A stretch of 63,212 nt of DNA, the filler included. It is 12 parts of 12 records of this genome, joined end to end, with 100 filler letters (N's around TTAATTAATTAA, not from the genome) between each part and the next. Parts side by side here need not be neighbours in the genome. Positions count along the whole stretch, not along the records: positions 10,283 to 23,899 come from SRR9670534_1247; positions 24,000 to 33,109 come from SRR9670534_1251; 10 more parts are not named here. One strand, written 5' to 3'. The notes beneath the pieces are model-generated. The model had not been told where the DNA came from, did not search any database, and saw only the letters and a list, made by a program, of their open reading frames with translations. How positions within the stretch are numbered: position 1 is the stretch's first letter; every line of letters starts with the position of its first letter. The translations under genes and the position numbers were made by a program. Below, one piece after another: positions 10,886-24,949 of the stretch.

Positions 10886-13800
10886 ATGAACAAATTATCG
10901 ACGTCTACTTCTGGAGTTGATGTTTCATTGTTACCACTCGATGTCAGAGAGAAGCTTTCAGAATTAGAGCTAGAATTGCAGGAAGGTCAGTACATGTATG
11001 TAATTGATGCGCTCCCTACCAACTTACCGCATACTGAATCAGTACTATGTACTACTGAACTACAATACTTCTGTACCTAAGTGATATTGCCATGATATGC
11101 CATGGTCGATGGCCCATGGTGGTATGTACATATCATGTACATATGTGCCTGTTTGTTTGTAGCAGTGTATGAAAAACGTATAGGTAGGTATGTACAATGT
11201 ACAATGTAACATTTAGCATGTATATACCTACCTAGGCTAGCTCAAAAATTACAGTTTAGGTAAATTGTATTATGTAATTAGTATGTATTGTCTACGTACA
11301 GCACTAATATTTCTATTACCTAGGTACGTAGACTTACGTATGTACATCTTACGTACAGTAATAATATGGTGATACAAATTGTACTGTACAAACTATACTT
11401 AATAATATGTATGACTAATACACCAACATATTGTAATATGTATTACAATACACTTATAGGTAAGAGCATAAATGCTATAAATATTTATTATTACATGTTA
11501 TTATTATTATTAAGAGCTGTATTATGTACTATGTATCATTGAGTACAAGTGTAGTATGTACACTTAGTGTAGTAAAATTTGCATCATAACTTACGATTCG
11601 TAGGTAGAAAGGATATCTATTACGTATCCTTGGTGGTAGACCTACTACCTAGATAGATAGCTAAATCATAGACAGGTAGATTTTATTATGCTCACTACAT
11701 GCACATACACATACGGCTATTAACGCATCATGATGGCAAATGTTGCAAGTTACAATACATGGAGCTAGTAGAGCTCCATGTTTGTAACTTAGACATTACT
11801 TACAACATTTGTCATCATGATGCGTTAGTTACGTGTATATAGTATTTAATCGCAAACTATGCCTACAAAATAATAGGTATACCTATAAATGAGTGGGTAT
11901 AAGATAATGTAGACCTGTAGGTTATTATTTCTTTCACCTAGTAGATTTGATTTGCAATTTACAAATTGCAAATTGATGCATGAGAAGGATATTTGTTGCA
12001 CCATAATATTCAAACTAACGCTAGCCCTTAATCATGTCTACGCCATATGTCTTTGTCATTATGACAATAGCAATGTTATTGTAGCTTATTGTAAAGTTTA
12101 TTATCTGTTGCTATTATGCTACATTTTGGGAAAGGCATGGCTAAGACTGAGTCACCAAACTAGTAGCCTGTGTTCCATCTTGTTACACATTAATAATATA
12201 TACCCACATATTAGTCTATACACTGCAATTGATTATCTTTAGGTGACATTACTGAAAAGGGATTTGAGAAAAAGCGTACTAAATTACTGGCTCCATACCT
12301 ACAATCAACCACTAACAACAATAGTGTTAATCTACGAGAGACCGTTTTACGAGAAATATCTCCTCCCCCATCTAGTAATCGCAGCAGACAATCATCTGGA
12401 GGTAGTAACACTCATTTAGATGCACAGCCTACCGATGTACCCTTACTGGATAAAGCTCAACGAAAGGCAAATCGACGAGCTACTAGAGAAAATCACCGCT
12501 TTCATTCGGGTGAGATATTTCGGCTAAAATCGTGTAAAAATTTTATGGTAAAATATTACAAATTGTAATTTACAATCTGTAATTTGTGGAATACATATAT
12601 ACGCATATAGATCTACAGTAGAAGGTACGCATACTTATGCTGTACATTATTGTAATGTCATTACAAATTATAAGTAATGTGCTACACATTATGTGCATAT
12701 AAGTATTACACGTACATATTTTCCACGAATTTAGTCGAAGTTACTACAGTTACTGTAGTACAGTATCAATATGCCTACTTCAGTAGAATCTAATGTACTG
12801 TGTTAGATTCTACTGTAGTATGCGTATACATATTGTAAATTACAGGTTACTAAAGATTGTGTTAGATGTACTACAGTGAAACAAACCCCTTTGTAGTCAA
12901 TTTGAAGGGACCCAAAGTTGTAATAGATTATAAGTTGTAGTTTATAACCGAAAATTGACTACTATATCTGTGGGAAAATTTATCATACAGTCTATAAGAA
13001 TGGTATAAAAATTTTTCCCAAAAATGTATTGATTACAACTGACTATATGCAGGTTGGCTTTATTAACGGGCTTTCACTGTAGTAGTAATGCAAGAATGTA
13101 AATTTTTCTTGTCACAATAATATTAGGTTGGTTATCTAGCATGCTTTGCAAACGTCGATATCTATATATGTAAATATGTATAATATTTAAAGGTAATTAT
13201 CTAAACCAGCTTTGATCCGCTCATTTAGAAATTAGAACAGAAGCTGTTCAGCAAGCATTAAAACAAACACAAGAGGCTGAATTACATGTCCCTGTACCTT
13301 TAAAACGAACTAAGGGTAATTTCAAGCCTAGGCATTTGAAAGAAGCTCAGCCATCTCATCAAACTAAAGCTGTCAAAACCTTTTATGACTCAGAATCCGA
13401 GGTATCAGAATCAGAAGAAAGTTCATCTGCAACACCAATTGGAACTAATAGTAAAGCAAATTCTCGTGCAAATAACAATGCAACAAAAACCAGTAATGAA
13501 CAGTTAGACACCTCCTCTGACGCTCACCCACTGCCTGATGTCACAAATAATGCCCAGACCTTACAAAGGGCTGATAGATTAAATAGGTTTACAATTCCTA
13601 CTAACAATAATAAAGAAGTTGCCACTTCAATTGTTGCAAGTGGAAAACAGCCAAAAGTTTCAGCGAAAATTTCCCAATTATTGGCCACACTAAAGAGGCC
13701 AAAACGGAAATCCTTACCTGAGTTTTTCATTGATGAGAACGACCTTGAAAATATCCCCTTGGATCCCAATGCCCCAAAACCCGAAGGTGTTCAAATGACG

Positions 13801-16800
13801 CCTTTTAAGCAAAATGATTTAGCCGTTCCCAGTGGCCTTTCAGCAGATTTAGAATCCGCCCTGGAACGATATGGGAGTAACTCCAGTTACAAAGCTCCTG
13901 CTATCACGCAACTAAATGCAGATGGCAGAACATTGCAAACAATCTCTTATGGTAGCTAAATTGATTGACTTACTACAGTAGTATCAATAACTCCTTTGTT
14001 ACTTGTTATCACTTTCATGTTTTCATTTAGCGAAATGGTATAGCAGAGCAAAGAAAATTGCATATACCCTGTTGGAAAAAGTGGGCTTAAAAGGCCATTC
14101 TGTTCACAAAGGCGATAAGGTTGCCTTGATGTTTCCAAATCATGACCCCATTGGATTCGCTTGTGCTTTTATGGGATGTCTCTTGTAAGGAAGGTTCTTA
14201 TTTCATTTGCGGCAGGATCGCGGCAGGAACGCTTTCTTCACCGCAACGGGCTCAATTACTTACTGCGATCATTTGTTGCGTATTTTAGTGCTAATGTTGT
14301 TCCTGTGCCAATTGAAATTCCTTCAACAAAAGATGATTCTCCGATTAACCATGAGATGTCTGTTTTGCTAACCACTTGTAACATAAATGTGGCTTTAACG
14401 TCAGATGAGATGTTTAAAGATTTACCGAAATCAGGTTGGTCTTGCTCAATTCATACATTCATATAGTAAACTTATATAGAATTACGATTACACAATAACA
14501 TTTTAGCTACTGGTGAAATTGTTAGATTTCGAGGTAATGACTGATTTTGTACATAGGTAATTAATGAATTAGTGCTTCTACATTTTTATATTGTTAAAGG
14601 GTTAACAAATAACTTCCATTTTTCTTGTTCTGTTGTTAAAGGTAAGAATGATCGCAAAATGCAGGGGTCATAAGTAATACTTATTAAGTACCGTATTTTT
14701 ACCTGCTGTTTTACATGTTTTTTGTCTTGTGAAACACTACCTTTCTTTTTGCATGGTGAAAGAATTTACACCTGTATAATAACGTACCTTTTGATTTGAC
14801 AAAAAGACAGTCAGGAACACTTTTGTTTCACACACCATTGCTACAGCAACATGTACCTAACGTATATTTCCAGTATTGTTTCTTATTAACACTGTAAACC
14901 AATGCATTCTTTTTGTTACTTATCAGTTTGTATTACATGTGCAGAAAATGAAGTGCATTATATTAATGAACTGCTTTATTAGGCTGGCCAATTTTGACAT
15001 GGGTCATTATAGACTTTTGTGCTAGACCCAGTAGAGATTGGAAAATTCCTCCACGGGCGGATGATGACTCTCCAGCGTACATTGAGGTTGTTAATTTATT
15101 GTTGAATCATTAGCTGTCTTTTGTTAATCTAAATGTGCTATTGTCATTTTAAGTTAATAACAAAAAAGCTAAGTTGAAATGAAAATTATTACAATGATTT
15201 CGAAGTTTTATTAAATTTGATTTTGATTTAGAAATAATTTAATTTTTAAATACTCATTAAATTTTCAGTAAGATTAGTTTATGAATTTAAACAAAATAAA
15301 TTGCTTATATTTATGAGAGGATTAATAATAGATCGCTAACACCATTTGTAGTACTGCTATGGCAAAGAAGGCAACATTATGGGTGCTGTTGTTACCAGAA
15401 AAGGGCTAGTAAATCACTGCAAGGTATTACACTCAACCTGTAAATATTCTGAAGGCGAGGTTATTGTATCCGTTTTGGATTTTAAACGAGAAATGGGATT
15501 ATGGCATGGTATTCAAGCAAGTATTTTACATGGTATGCATCTTGTTCACGTTCCATATTCTGTTATGAAATCCAACCCTTCCTGCTGGTTGCAAATGATC
15601 ACAAAAACCAAAGCAACGATCGCAATGGCTCGTTCAAGAGACTTGCATTGGGGTATTCTTGCTCATAAAGATGCTCAAAATGTCAACCTCTCCTCCTTAC
15701 GCATGTTAATTGTTGCTGATGGAGCTAATCCTTGGTCACTGACGTCTTGTGATGCCTTCTTGAACATATACCGTGCCAAAATGTTAAAAGACAATGTTAT
15801 TTGTCCTGCAGCTTTTTCCCCATTTTGCTTGACACTTTCCATTAGAAGCCCTGATTATGATGAAAATACCAGTGGCAGGGCAATCTTGTCAATGTCTGGC
15901 ATGACTTATTCTGTCGTCAGAGTAGATAATGAAAATAGTGTTACATCCATGACACTCCAAGATGTGGGTTTGGTACCACCAGGTGCAACAGTTTCTGTTG
16001 TCAAAGCAACTGGACAGCCCTATCTTTGTATGACAGATGAAATTGGAGAAATTTGCATCAAAAGTGAGTTTGGAGCTTCCCAGTTTTACGGCTTGGAAGG
16101 TTTATCAAGGCAGATTTTTCAGGTTAAGCCATTAAAACAAAATGGTAATCCTTGTAGCGATGAATACTTTGTTCGATCAGGACTGCTAGGTTTTCTTGGT
16201 CCTGTAAGTGGTTCTATTGTTATAGAATATTATCAAATATTGATGTTGTACTATTGTTTGTGAAATGTATTATATAAAAAGTTATTATCCGTAAAATATA
16301 ATATTATATTTTACTGATAATAATCTGTTATATAATAAATAATGTTTAAATAATTAATTGTTTTAGTATATTAATAATTATTAATAATATAATAAATTTT
16401 ACAACATATATAATGTTGTATTATGCATAATATATGATTTATAACGTTTATTACATATATCTATTATAATACGATATTACGTATACTACTATATCATTAA
16501 TAATAATAATTTACTATTGATACATGTACTATTTTATTATGTGTAATTATTAAATTTATATTTCTCTGTTAATTATTGTTTGTACATGCTCTAATACAGT
16601 AACTACAGTACTTATATTGTAGACTACAATTTGTAGTGTTGTATTATTAATAATAAGTTATAATAGTGTACAGCATTTCTTTATACAAGTTAGTAACCTG
16701 AAGTAACTACCTATGTACAATAATTTATACCGTATTATCATATTAAATAGTTTTAATACTACAATATCATACATATATTACTATAACCATGCTTAAGCAT

Positions 16801-19800
16801 GATAATTATCATAATATCTAACTAATACTTAATAATAATGGTTGTTGCTATTATTAAAGATAGGTTGAGTTGACCTACTACAATGTAAATGTTTATGTTT
16901 TAATCAAACATGACATTACCAAATTAACAATCATGTAGAATGGCATGGTATTTGTTAGTGGGTACAAGGATGGTTGCGTGAATGTGAGTGGCAGAAAACA
17001 TAATACATCTGACCTAATCGCTACTGTCCTTGCGGTTGAGCCCATGCGCCTCATTTTCAGAGGCAGAATCTGTGTTTTCTCCATTTCGGTTCTGAAAGAT
17101 GAGCATATCATCATCGTTGCTGAACAAAGAGCTGACTCTTCCGAAGAACAGTGCTTCAAGTGGATGAGTTCTGTTTTACAAGCTGTTGATTCCATCCATC
17201 AGGTTGGAATTTACTGTTTGGCTTTGGTGCGTCAGAATAGTTTACCAAGAAATATTTTTGGTGGTATTAACACCGCTAGCACTCGAAAAGCGTTTTTAAA
17301 TGGTGAATTGCATCCAGTTAATATTCTCATGTGTCCTCATACTTGCGTGGTGAATTTGCCAAAACCAAAACAGCCTACACCAGGTGTTGGTGCTGCATCA
17401 ATGTTTGTTGGAAATATTGTCAGTGGCAAGCGCACAGCAATTACACATGGCAGAGATATTGCCATGCTGGATGAAGAAGGTGTGGATGGTAGCCACATTA
17501 TTTACCTTACTGACATGCTGAGGTCACGAGCAATTAATAACCCAAATCATCTTTTATTTACTGTCCTTAACGGAAAGGTAAATGTGTCACTATTTTGTCC
17601 AGAATAAAGTAAACTTACATGTACTGCCAAGCGTAGACCGTTCAACTGCGAAGATGTTGCTTAAATTTGTTGTGGTATTATTCTAATAAAGTTAAAATTT
17701 ATATTGCAAATTGTTGAAACGTTTTTAATTTTAGATGTTGATTAGTTGTTTCTATAAATTATAACTAAGAAACTCCAAAAATTTCAACTTATTATGTATT
17801 ATAATGTATTATTAAAGTTATGAAAGTACAGTATGTTTATAATCTTAAGATAATAAATGTTATTAATAATAATAACTCATTACGATAATAATATTATCTG
17901 ATACAAATTAAACATAAACTTACTAATTTAACAGGATTATTTGCATTTAAAACTATTTATTAATTATATAGGGCTTAGTTGTTGCGGAATTGTCTTGTTC
18001 CACTCTGTATAAGAAGGCAGAACGTGTAGCCTCCTTGTTATTTGAAAAAGCAAGAGTATGTGAAGGCGATAATGTTGGTTTGATATTTTCTCCTGGAACT
18101 GACATGATTGTGGGATTTTATGGCTGTTTAATGATTGGCGCTGTTCCAGTGTGCATTAGGCCACCAATAGTTAATAATCTGTCCACGACATTACCAACTG
18201 TTCGAATGATAACCGAAATGGGACACATTAAGGCGGTTTTATCCGTTGCTCCTATACTAAAACTGTTAAAATCGAAAGAAGCAGCTGGTGTCGTTGATGT
18301 CAAGACTTGGCCATTGTTGCTGGACATTGATGAATGCCCCCGGAAAAAGCCCATGTTTTCGTACCATCCACCAACGGCAGATGTCACAGCTTACGTTGAC
18401 TTTACTGTTTCCACCACTGGTATGCTGTCTGGTCTTAAAATATCTCATGGAAGTATTTTATCATTATGTCGATCCTTGAAGGCAGCTTTTGAACTTTATC
18501 CACTACGAGATATTTGTTTGTGCTTAGATCCCTACAGTGGATTAGCATTAGCACTTTGGTGTGTCGTGGGGTCAGTTCTTGATTACTTTTATTATGAAGG
18601 ACCAAAGGCTATACGGTCAACACATTAACTTATATATCACCTCTCTTTTTAGTATCTATTCAGGACACCATTCAGTTCTAGTGCCACCATGCGAATTGGA
18701 AGTGAACCCTGTTTGCTGGATTACAACCTTGAGCAGCATGAATAGTATGTCCTTGTTAATAATTATTATTAATGATATAACTTTTGTATTGGTCACCCAC
18801 GTGTTGGTCACTCACAAAAACTAGATACTTATGAACTGTGTTTTGTAGTTCGGGACACTTTTTGTTCTTACTCAGTTGTTGAACTATGCACAAAGACACT
18901 GGCTTCCAGTTTACAACTGCTGCAGAAGGTAATTCTGAATTACTAATTCATGATTTATATATTATTATAATTTCTTATTCGAATAAGGAATTCTTTTCGA
19001 CAAATTTTAAAACATGATGCAAATATCATATGTAGTGCATATTATGTACTGCATCCATAGAAATGAAGAAATCTTTATTTCTATGACCTAAAACCTGAAG
19101 CTGGGTTTATATTTAATAAATAGTTATGTTATACTATAGTGTATTATAAATAATTAGTGTAGCATTATTAATTACACAGATTTCATATTATGAGATACGT
19201 TGATGCATATGCTATATATATTATCATAATGCTAAAAAAATTTATTATCAATATGTTGACATATTATTGAAGCTTAATTGAATACATATTAAGACCTTTT
19301 TGCCATCATCGCTTAGTCTTATGAAGCTAAAAAGAATATGTTTAGGGATGTATCGATTTGTCAAAAGTCCGTTCTTGCGTTGTCCTTTCAGAAGAACGAC
19401 CCAGAACTCAATTAACTCAGTCATTTGCAAAATTCTTCTCGTCACTTGGATTGCAAGCAAGAGCTGTCACCACCAGCTTTGGCTGCAGGATAAATTCAGC
19501 AGTTTGTGTCCAAGGTCCTAGTGACCCTTGTCCACCCAGTATTTACGTGGACACGAGATCCCTGCGATATGATCGTTTAACTGTGGTCGAAAAAGGCAGT
19601 CCCAATAGCATATGTTTGATGGGGAGTGGACGCGTAAGTTCAATTTTCTTTAACAGTCCTTCCAATGCCAATTATAGGCTTATACATACAAATATGGTAA
19701 TTTGATTTTAGCTTCTTCCTGGTGTGACTGTGGCTATTGCCAACCCGAAAACCAAAGGATTATGTGGCGATTGTGACTTAGGAGAGGTTAGTAGCTAACA

Positions 19801-21033
19801 ACCCAGAAATGTTGAATAATTTATCCTATGTGTTTTGATTATTATGGAATAATATTAGATTTGGGTTCAATCGGGGCACAACAGCTCTGGTTATTATACA
19901 GTTTATGGTGACGAGGAAACTTTGAGCAATGATCATTTTAACGCTAAACTTGCCACAGGTGATCAACAGGGTATTACTTTTGCAAGAACTGGATATTTGG
20001 GATTCCTTAGACGTACTGACCTGACACATTCTGATGGAGGTACGTACACCATATTTTAGATGTCTATGTACTACATTACTTATTGCAAATGACTTATCTA
20101 ATAAATAGTATTTACTAATCGAAGTTTATAAACAACAAAATAACAACAAATGGCATCTACTAAAATTTTGTTGATTAAAATTCTTTATTAATTTGGTAAT
20201 TCTTGTGGATAATAAAATATATTTAAAAATAATGGAATTAGCAGTTGGCATGCGCTATTTCTGCCCTGGTGGCTAACCTTGAATACTTATTAATAGCTAT
20301 TATTTCCTGATACCGTTGTTTCTTGATTGCTTTAATGTGAAATCCTTTGCAAACAAATCACCATAATATTGATATACCTGTATGTAATATTGACTATGAT
20401 CTTACGATTATTATAATATATTGTTCTATGGAATATATATATTCTATGGAATATATATATCTGAAATGAGTTTATTTAAAGAATTAATAAGTCTTATCTT
20501 CAATGATTTGATTCAAATTATTTATAGTGTTTCAGTATAATAATAATATTCATAACAGTATTTTACTCATTCTCATCCATTTGACCTTTACTTTTAGAGC
20601 CTTATGATGCTGTATATGTGGTAGGTTCTTTGGACGAAGCTATCAACTTGAGAGGATTACGATATCATCCTGTAGATGTTGAAACATCTGTCATGAGGAG
20701 CCATAAGGACATTTGTGAATGGTTTGTTGCCTTTGTTGACTAATTATTTTAATTTATGAGTAATTTTGCGTGCTTTTCAGTGCTGTTTTTTCATGGACTA
20801 ACCTTTTGGTTGTCGTAGTTGAGTTGGATGGTAATGAAAACGTGGCCCTTGATTTGGTACCGATAGTGACTAATGTCGTTTTGGAAGAGCATTACTTAAT
20901 TGTTGGGATAGTTGTCGTTGTTGATCCGGGAGTAATTCCCATAAATAGCCGGGGAGAAAAGCAGCGAATGCATCTTCGTGATGGCTTTTTGGCGGATCAA
21001 TTGGATCCTATTTACGTGGCATACAATATGTAA
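10886..21033 (+). CDS. DIP2: Disco-interacting protein 2 homolog, ~17 exons (approx. 10886-10985, 12243-12509, 13229-13951, 14031-14184, 14289-14434, 14507-14533, 14983-15086, 15352-16203, 16939-17577, 17972-18570, 18652-18744, 18849-18928, 19326-19632, 19712-19786, 19859-20039, 20598-20721, 20781-21033)
   Basis: DMAP1-binding N-terminus LELELQE|GDITEKGFEKKRTKLL, two AMP-binding (FAAL-like) domains, conserved C-terminus RGEKQRMHLRDGFLADQLDPIYVAYNM. Confidence 0.96.
11721..11827. repeat. Nested inverted repeat / hairpin in DIP2 intron 1
   Basis: TAACGCATCATGATGGCAAATGTTG pairs with CAACATTTGTCATCATGATGCGTTA; inner ACATGGAGCT pairs with AGCTCCATGT. Confidence 0.8.
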
Positions 21034-21496
21034 AAAATAACCAAATTTCTTTTGATGATTTCATTTGATAAAAGTGGGTTTTATTTTATATGAACGAAAT
21101 TATTATTAATCATAATTGTTATTATTACCTAAACTATCAAGAGTTTTGACTCAAAACACCTTCCTCTATACGATGTATTATGTATAATGACGTTCAACTA
21201 GTATTTTGATTGATTAATGATTTAATAATCGTCATTTTTAATAACAATTTTCTTTTATTGTAGCTTGATAGCTGTACTAGTCATTCCGCTTTTCTGTATT
21301 TGTCATTGTCACAATGAACCTTTTTTTTGCATATAATGTCTTGTCTAACTGTTATCAAAATATGTAATTGTAGCAATATGCATCTAATAGTAATGTTAGT
21401 TATGCACATTTGAACAAGTCAAAGTACCAACTATTCAATAGTATTAAATAAATTTATAAATTTTCTGAATAAAAATTATTATCAACAACCATTTCC

Positions 21497-22636
21497 TTAG
21501 TGGGAATATTTTGGCAGCCAACAATGTTCTTGAGGACTCCAAAAGGTTGGTGCAAGATAATCAGTCTTGGTAAAAAGACCCTTATTGAGAAAACGGCAAA
21601 GTTGACAAGAAAGTGAATTCTTTCCTTTTGACTTCATATTTAAATCAAATTCAACAATTTCATATTCATTGCGCCATTTATGATAATCCAAATATTCCGT
21701 ATCATTGTTTTCCAGATTATTTAAAAAATTACCTAATGATTTGACATTTTTAAAGTCATTTACATGAATGAAGGAATTTGGAGGTGCTATCTTTTCATAC
21801 GTTTCCTTGGCAGCACCAAGGACAACGGGAACTGAACCAGCTTTTAACGCTCTCCAAAATTTTTCTGTTACGTAATCTTCGCATAGTGAATTTTCAAAAG
21901 CAAGGTAAAATTTGTATCGTGATATTGTTTCAAGGGTGCAATTGTCTTTTCTATCTGTACAACTTTCGAGATTCTTGCCACACAAACCAAATATTTCCAC
22001 ATCTATGTACTTCCTCAGTTGGAGTGCTAGTTGAAGTCTGTGGCTTCTTGAATGGCAATTACTTACAAAAATAATAGATCCTTTTGTTTTATTTCTGAGA
22101 AACTCAATATTGGTGGAATTGTCAGTTTTCAATTTTTTTTGAAATCTTCCATAAGGTATATAAAATTCTGATTTTAAGCGGTAGGAAGCTGAGGCACGAA
22201 AAATATTTGCGTTTGAAAGCAGTCGACGGTTTCCTATTGAATTGACTGGTGATTCTAGACACAGGTATACGAAAATGATCCGTTCCGAAAAGGAGTCCTT
22301 AACTTCCTTGTTGTCAAATTTATAGATGTCACTATTAATCCCATCTCTGCAATGAACAACAATGAGGTTAATTTGATCTTTTGGCAATGGAATTCGACGA
22401 CCACGTTTTGAAAAAATTTGACAATTTTTATAGCGTGGACATTCACTGAAATCTTTGTTAATATAATCAGTTTCATCAAAAAATGCATTCCAAAGCACGA
22501 TGTTATAGTATTTGGGCAATGGAAAATTATTTTTATGTAAGTTGAGAGAATAATCCAGCCTTAATAATAAGTAAGTGCCAGGGTAAATTACTGTGAAAGA
22601 AAGCAGACACAGTAATAAAATAGTACCTACAAACAA
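21497..22636 (-). CDS. Alpha-1,3-fucosyltransferase (GT10). Frame stays open upstream to a probable acceptor near 22732, so the true start may lie in an upstream exon
   Basis: N-terminal TM helix, LESP, FVSNC, YKFYLAFENSLCEDYVTEKFW, PPNSFIHV motifs. Confidence 0.93.
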   Translation of the reverse strand: MFVGTILLLCLLSFTVIYPGTYLLLRLDYSLNLHKNNFPLPKYYNIVLWNAFFDETDYINKDFSECPRYKNCQIFSKRGRRIPLPKDQINLIVVHCRDGINSDIYKFDNKEVKDSFSERIIFVYLCLESPVNSIGNRRLLSNANIFRASASYRLKSEFYIPYGRFQKKLKTDNSTNIEFLRNKTKGSIIFVSNCHSRSHRLQLALQLRKYIDVEIFGLCGKNLESCTDRKDNCTLETISRYKFYLAFENSLCEDYVTEKFWRALKAGSVPVVLGAAKETYEKIAPPNSFIHVNDFKNVKSLGNFLNNLENNDTEYLDYHKWRNEYEIVEFDLNMKSKGKNSLSCQLCRFLNKGLFTKTDYLAPTFWSPQEHCWLPKYSH

Positions 22637-23418
22637 GATGCTGTTATAAGTTGGGAATTTATGCCAAGAATAGTGAAATCGATCAATTAGTAGTAGATTA
22701 TAAATATTTAATAAAGTACTATCTGTATTTTCTGAAAAAGTAACAAAGTAATAACATTATTAGGTAATTATTAATAACATAAAGAACTTATGAACTAGAA
22801 TTTTAGCAGAAAATACTCCCGCATAAAAACTAACCCTAATTAATAATAAATGGACCTGTTATTTTTTTCTGAATATTCAAAATAAAAAGTAAAAAGATGT
22901 CACTAATATGTTTTTGATGTTTTCGCGCGAACTACCAATTGAGGCATTGTGGCTTATATGCCGGGAATAGAAAATCAGAAGAAGTTGAAAACTGGAATAC
23001 TCTGGAAAGGCAAAGAATTATTTCTGCTAAGCTTGGTGTCCCGATGGCGCCATCTTGGTTAAAGGTGCCATCTTTTGGCTTGTTTGAAGACATCAATGAT
23101 GTTATTGTTATGATGAAAATCTATTGAAATAAATGAAGAAGGATATTAATCCTATTTAATAAAAACGCTTTCATTTGGAAGTGCTTTTCACCAAGAAGGC
23201 GGTGGATGATGACGTAGGAGAAGGGAGCTTAAAATTCCCAAAAAACATGACTAGATGAATTGACAACCCCTAATAGTAAAGTTAGCAAATTGCTAAATTG
23301 CTAACTTGATGAATTTTTTTAATCGTTAATAAATTTGTAATAGCACCTATGACTATAATATAATGTTTCCTTGTTATCATAATAATTAACATCTAATGAT
23401 TAGACTTCTTTAATTAAA

Positions 23419-23851
23419 CAGGGTGTTCCAAAAAATGTATTAATACTTTACTTATTCATTAGTTTGGCACTATTATATTAGTAATAATTATTAATAAACA
23501 CTAACGTTACTGATATATAGCACAAAATGAAGATGAAGTAGACCTGTTTATTAACAGGTCCTATTATGCCACATAACATTCCTTCAGATCTGTAATTTAT
23601 ATGCATATCTCAAAGACCAACAAATTGCTTTAGTGGCAATATTACCCACGGAGCAAGTCTTTGGAAGCATCATAGAAATCCATTAGAACTTCTGAAAAGT
23701 TTATTTTCCAGCTGCAGATTTGAAAGCCAATATTATGCTATAGCAGATTAACTTATTCCTCATCTTCATTTTGTAATGTATGCCAACAATGTACGATAAA
23801 TAGTTATTAATATCCAATGGATAATTACTGTACATTTTTTCGGACACCCTG
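23419..23851. mobile_element. Non-autonomous Tc1/mariner-like MITE (degenerate)
   Basis: TIRs CAGGGTGTTCCAAAAAATGTA / TACATTTTTTCGGACACCCTG plus an internal inverted match (CAAAATGAAGATGA); TA target duplication not intact. Confidence 0.7.
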
Positions 23852-24949
23852 CATATACATTAAATACTAACACAGTGCAACAAAATTTTGGGACCCAAAN
23901 NNNNNNNNNNNNNNNNNNNNNNNNNNNNNNNNNNNNNNNNNNNTTAATTAATTAANNNNNNNNNNNNNNNNNNNNNNNNNNNNNNNNNNNNNNNNNNNNC
24001 CGATAATAAAGGTCGTACCTCAACAGGGTGACATCTTTTAGATGAAGTATACTTTTTTAGTTAGTTGAGTTAATGCAAAATGTTTTTTAAATCGTTAATG
24101 CAAAAGTTCTTGAATTATTCTAAAACTAACTGTTTGGCTTTAACTAGAGTTAATAGGGTTAATATTAACTTGGTTAAACAAAGGACTTTTAAAAATCCTT
24201 TAAAAAAGTCTTTTCTTGGCCTTTGTAACTTTATTCATAAGAATAAAATAAGAACTTTTGACTTTTCATTAAGCTCTAAGAGTAGAGAGAATACTACACT
24301 TTTTTCTGACATCTGTAAGAGATGTATTGTCAATCATGACTTTGACTGTATATGTATGTATAATAGCTTTGCACAGGCTAATACAGTTAACAACGTAGTT
24401 TTTATGTACCTGCCTGAGTATGTACAGACCAAGGTATATGTAGACCCTTCTAGGTGTGATTATGGAAATCGAGATCTTGTAAGTACATGTACTCTTCAAC
24501 TTCTCTTAATACATACATACTTGGTGAATGATACACTATTATGTACATACAGTGTATTTGGTAAATTATCTTTTGTGGTATGCTCTACACGTAAAGAACA
24601 GTTTTTATGTACTGTATGTAGTGGGTACATGTATTCAGTAGTACGTATTTGTGAACTAGATAGAGTACATATAGATTTTTGGCAATGTACGGTATGTATG
24701 TACTGCGCATTTTGCGACTTGTTCGGTAATTCATGTAAAATTGATAAAATATAGTCACTCGTTTGTATTAGGCTCTATGAGTTCGAACTACTCAAGGTAG
24801 TAATTAACAAAAGTTACCCCAACATGTATACGTGGGTAGTTATTTTGAATAAACCGTGTAACTGTAGAAATTTGGCACGTACTGTATATGTACGCAGTAA
24901 TGCACTTGTATTAGGTACGGTTCGTTTGGTCTGTGACATCTACTGGGTG

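Noticed and set aside
22939-23260. Coding-like fragment upstream of the fucosyltransferase
   Set aside because: Short, interrupted by stops, no recognisable motif
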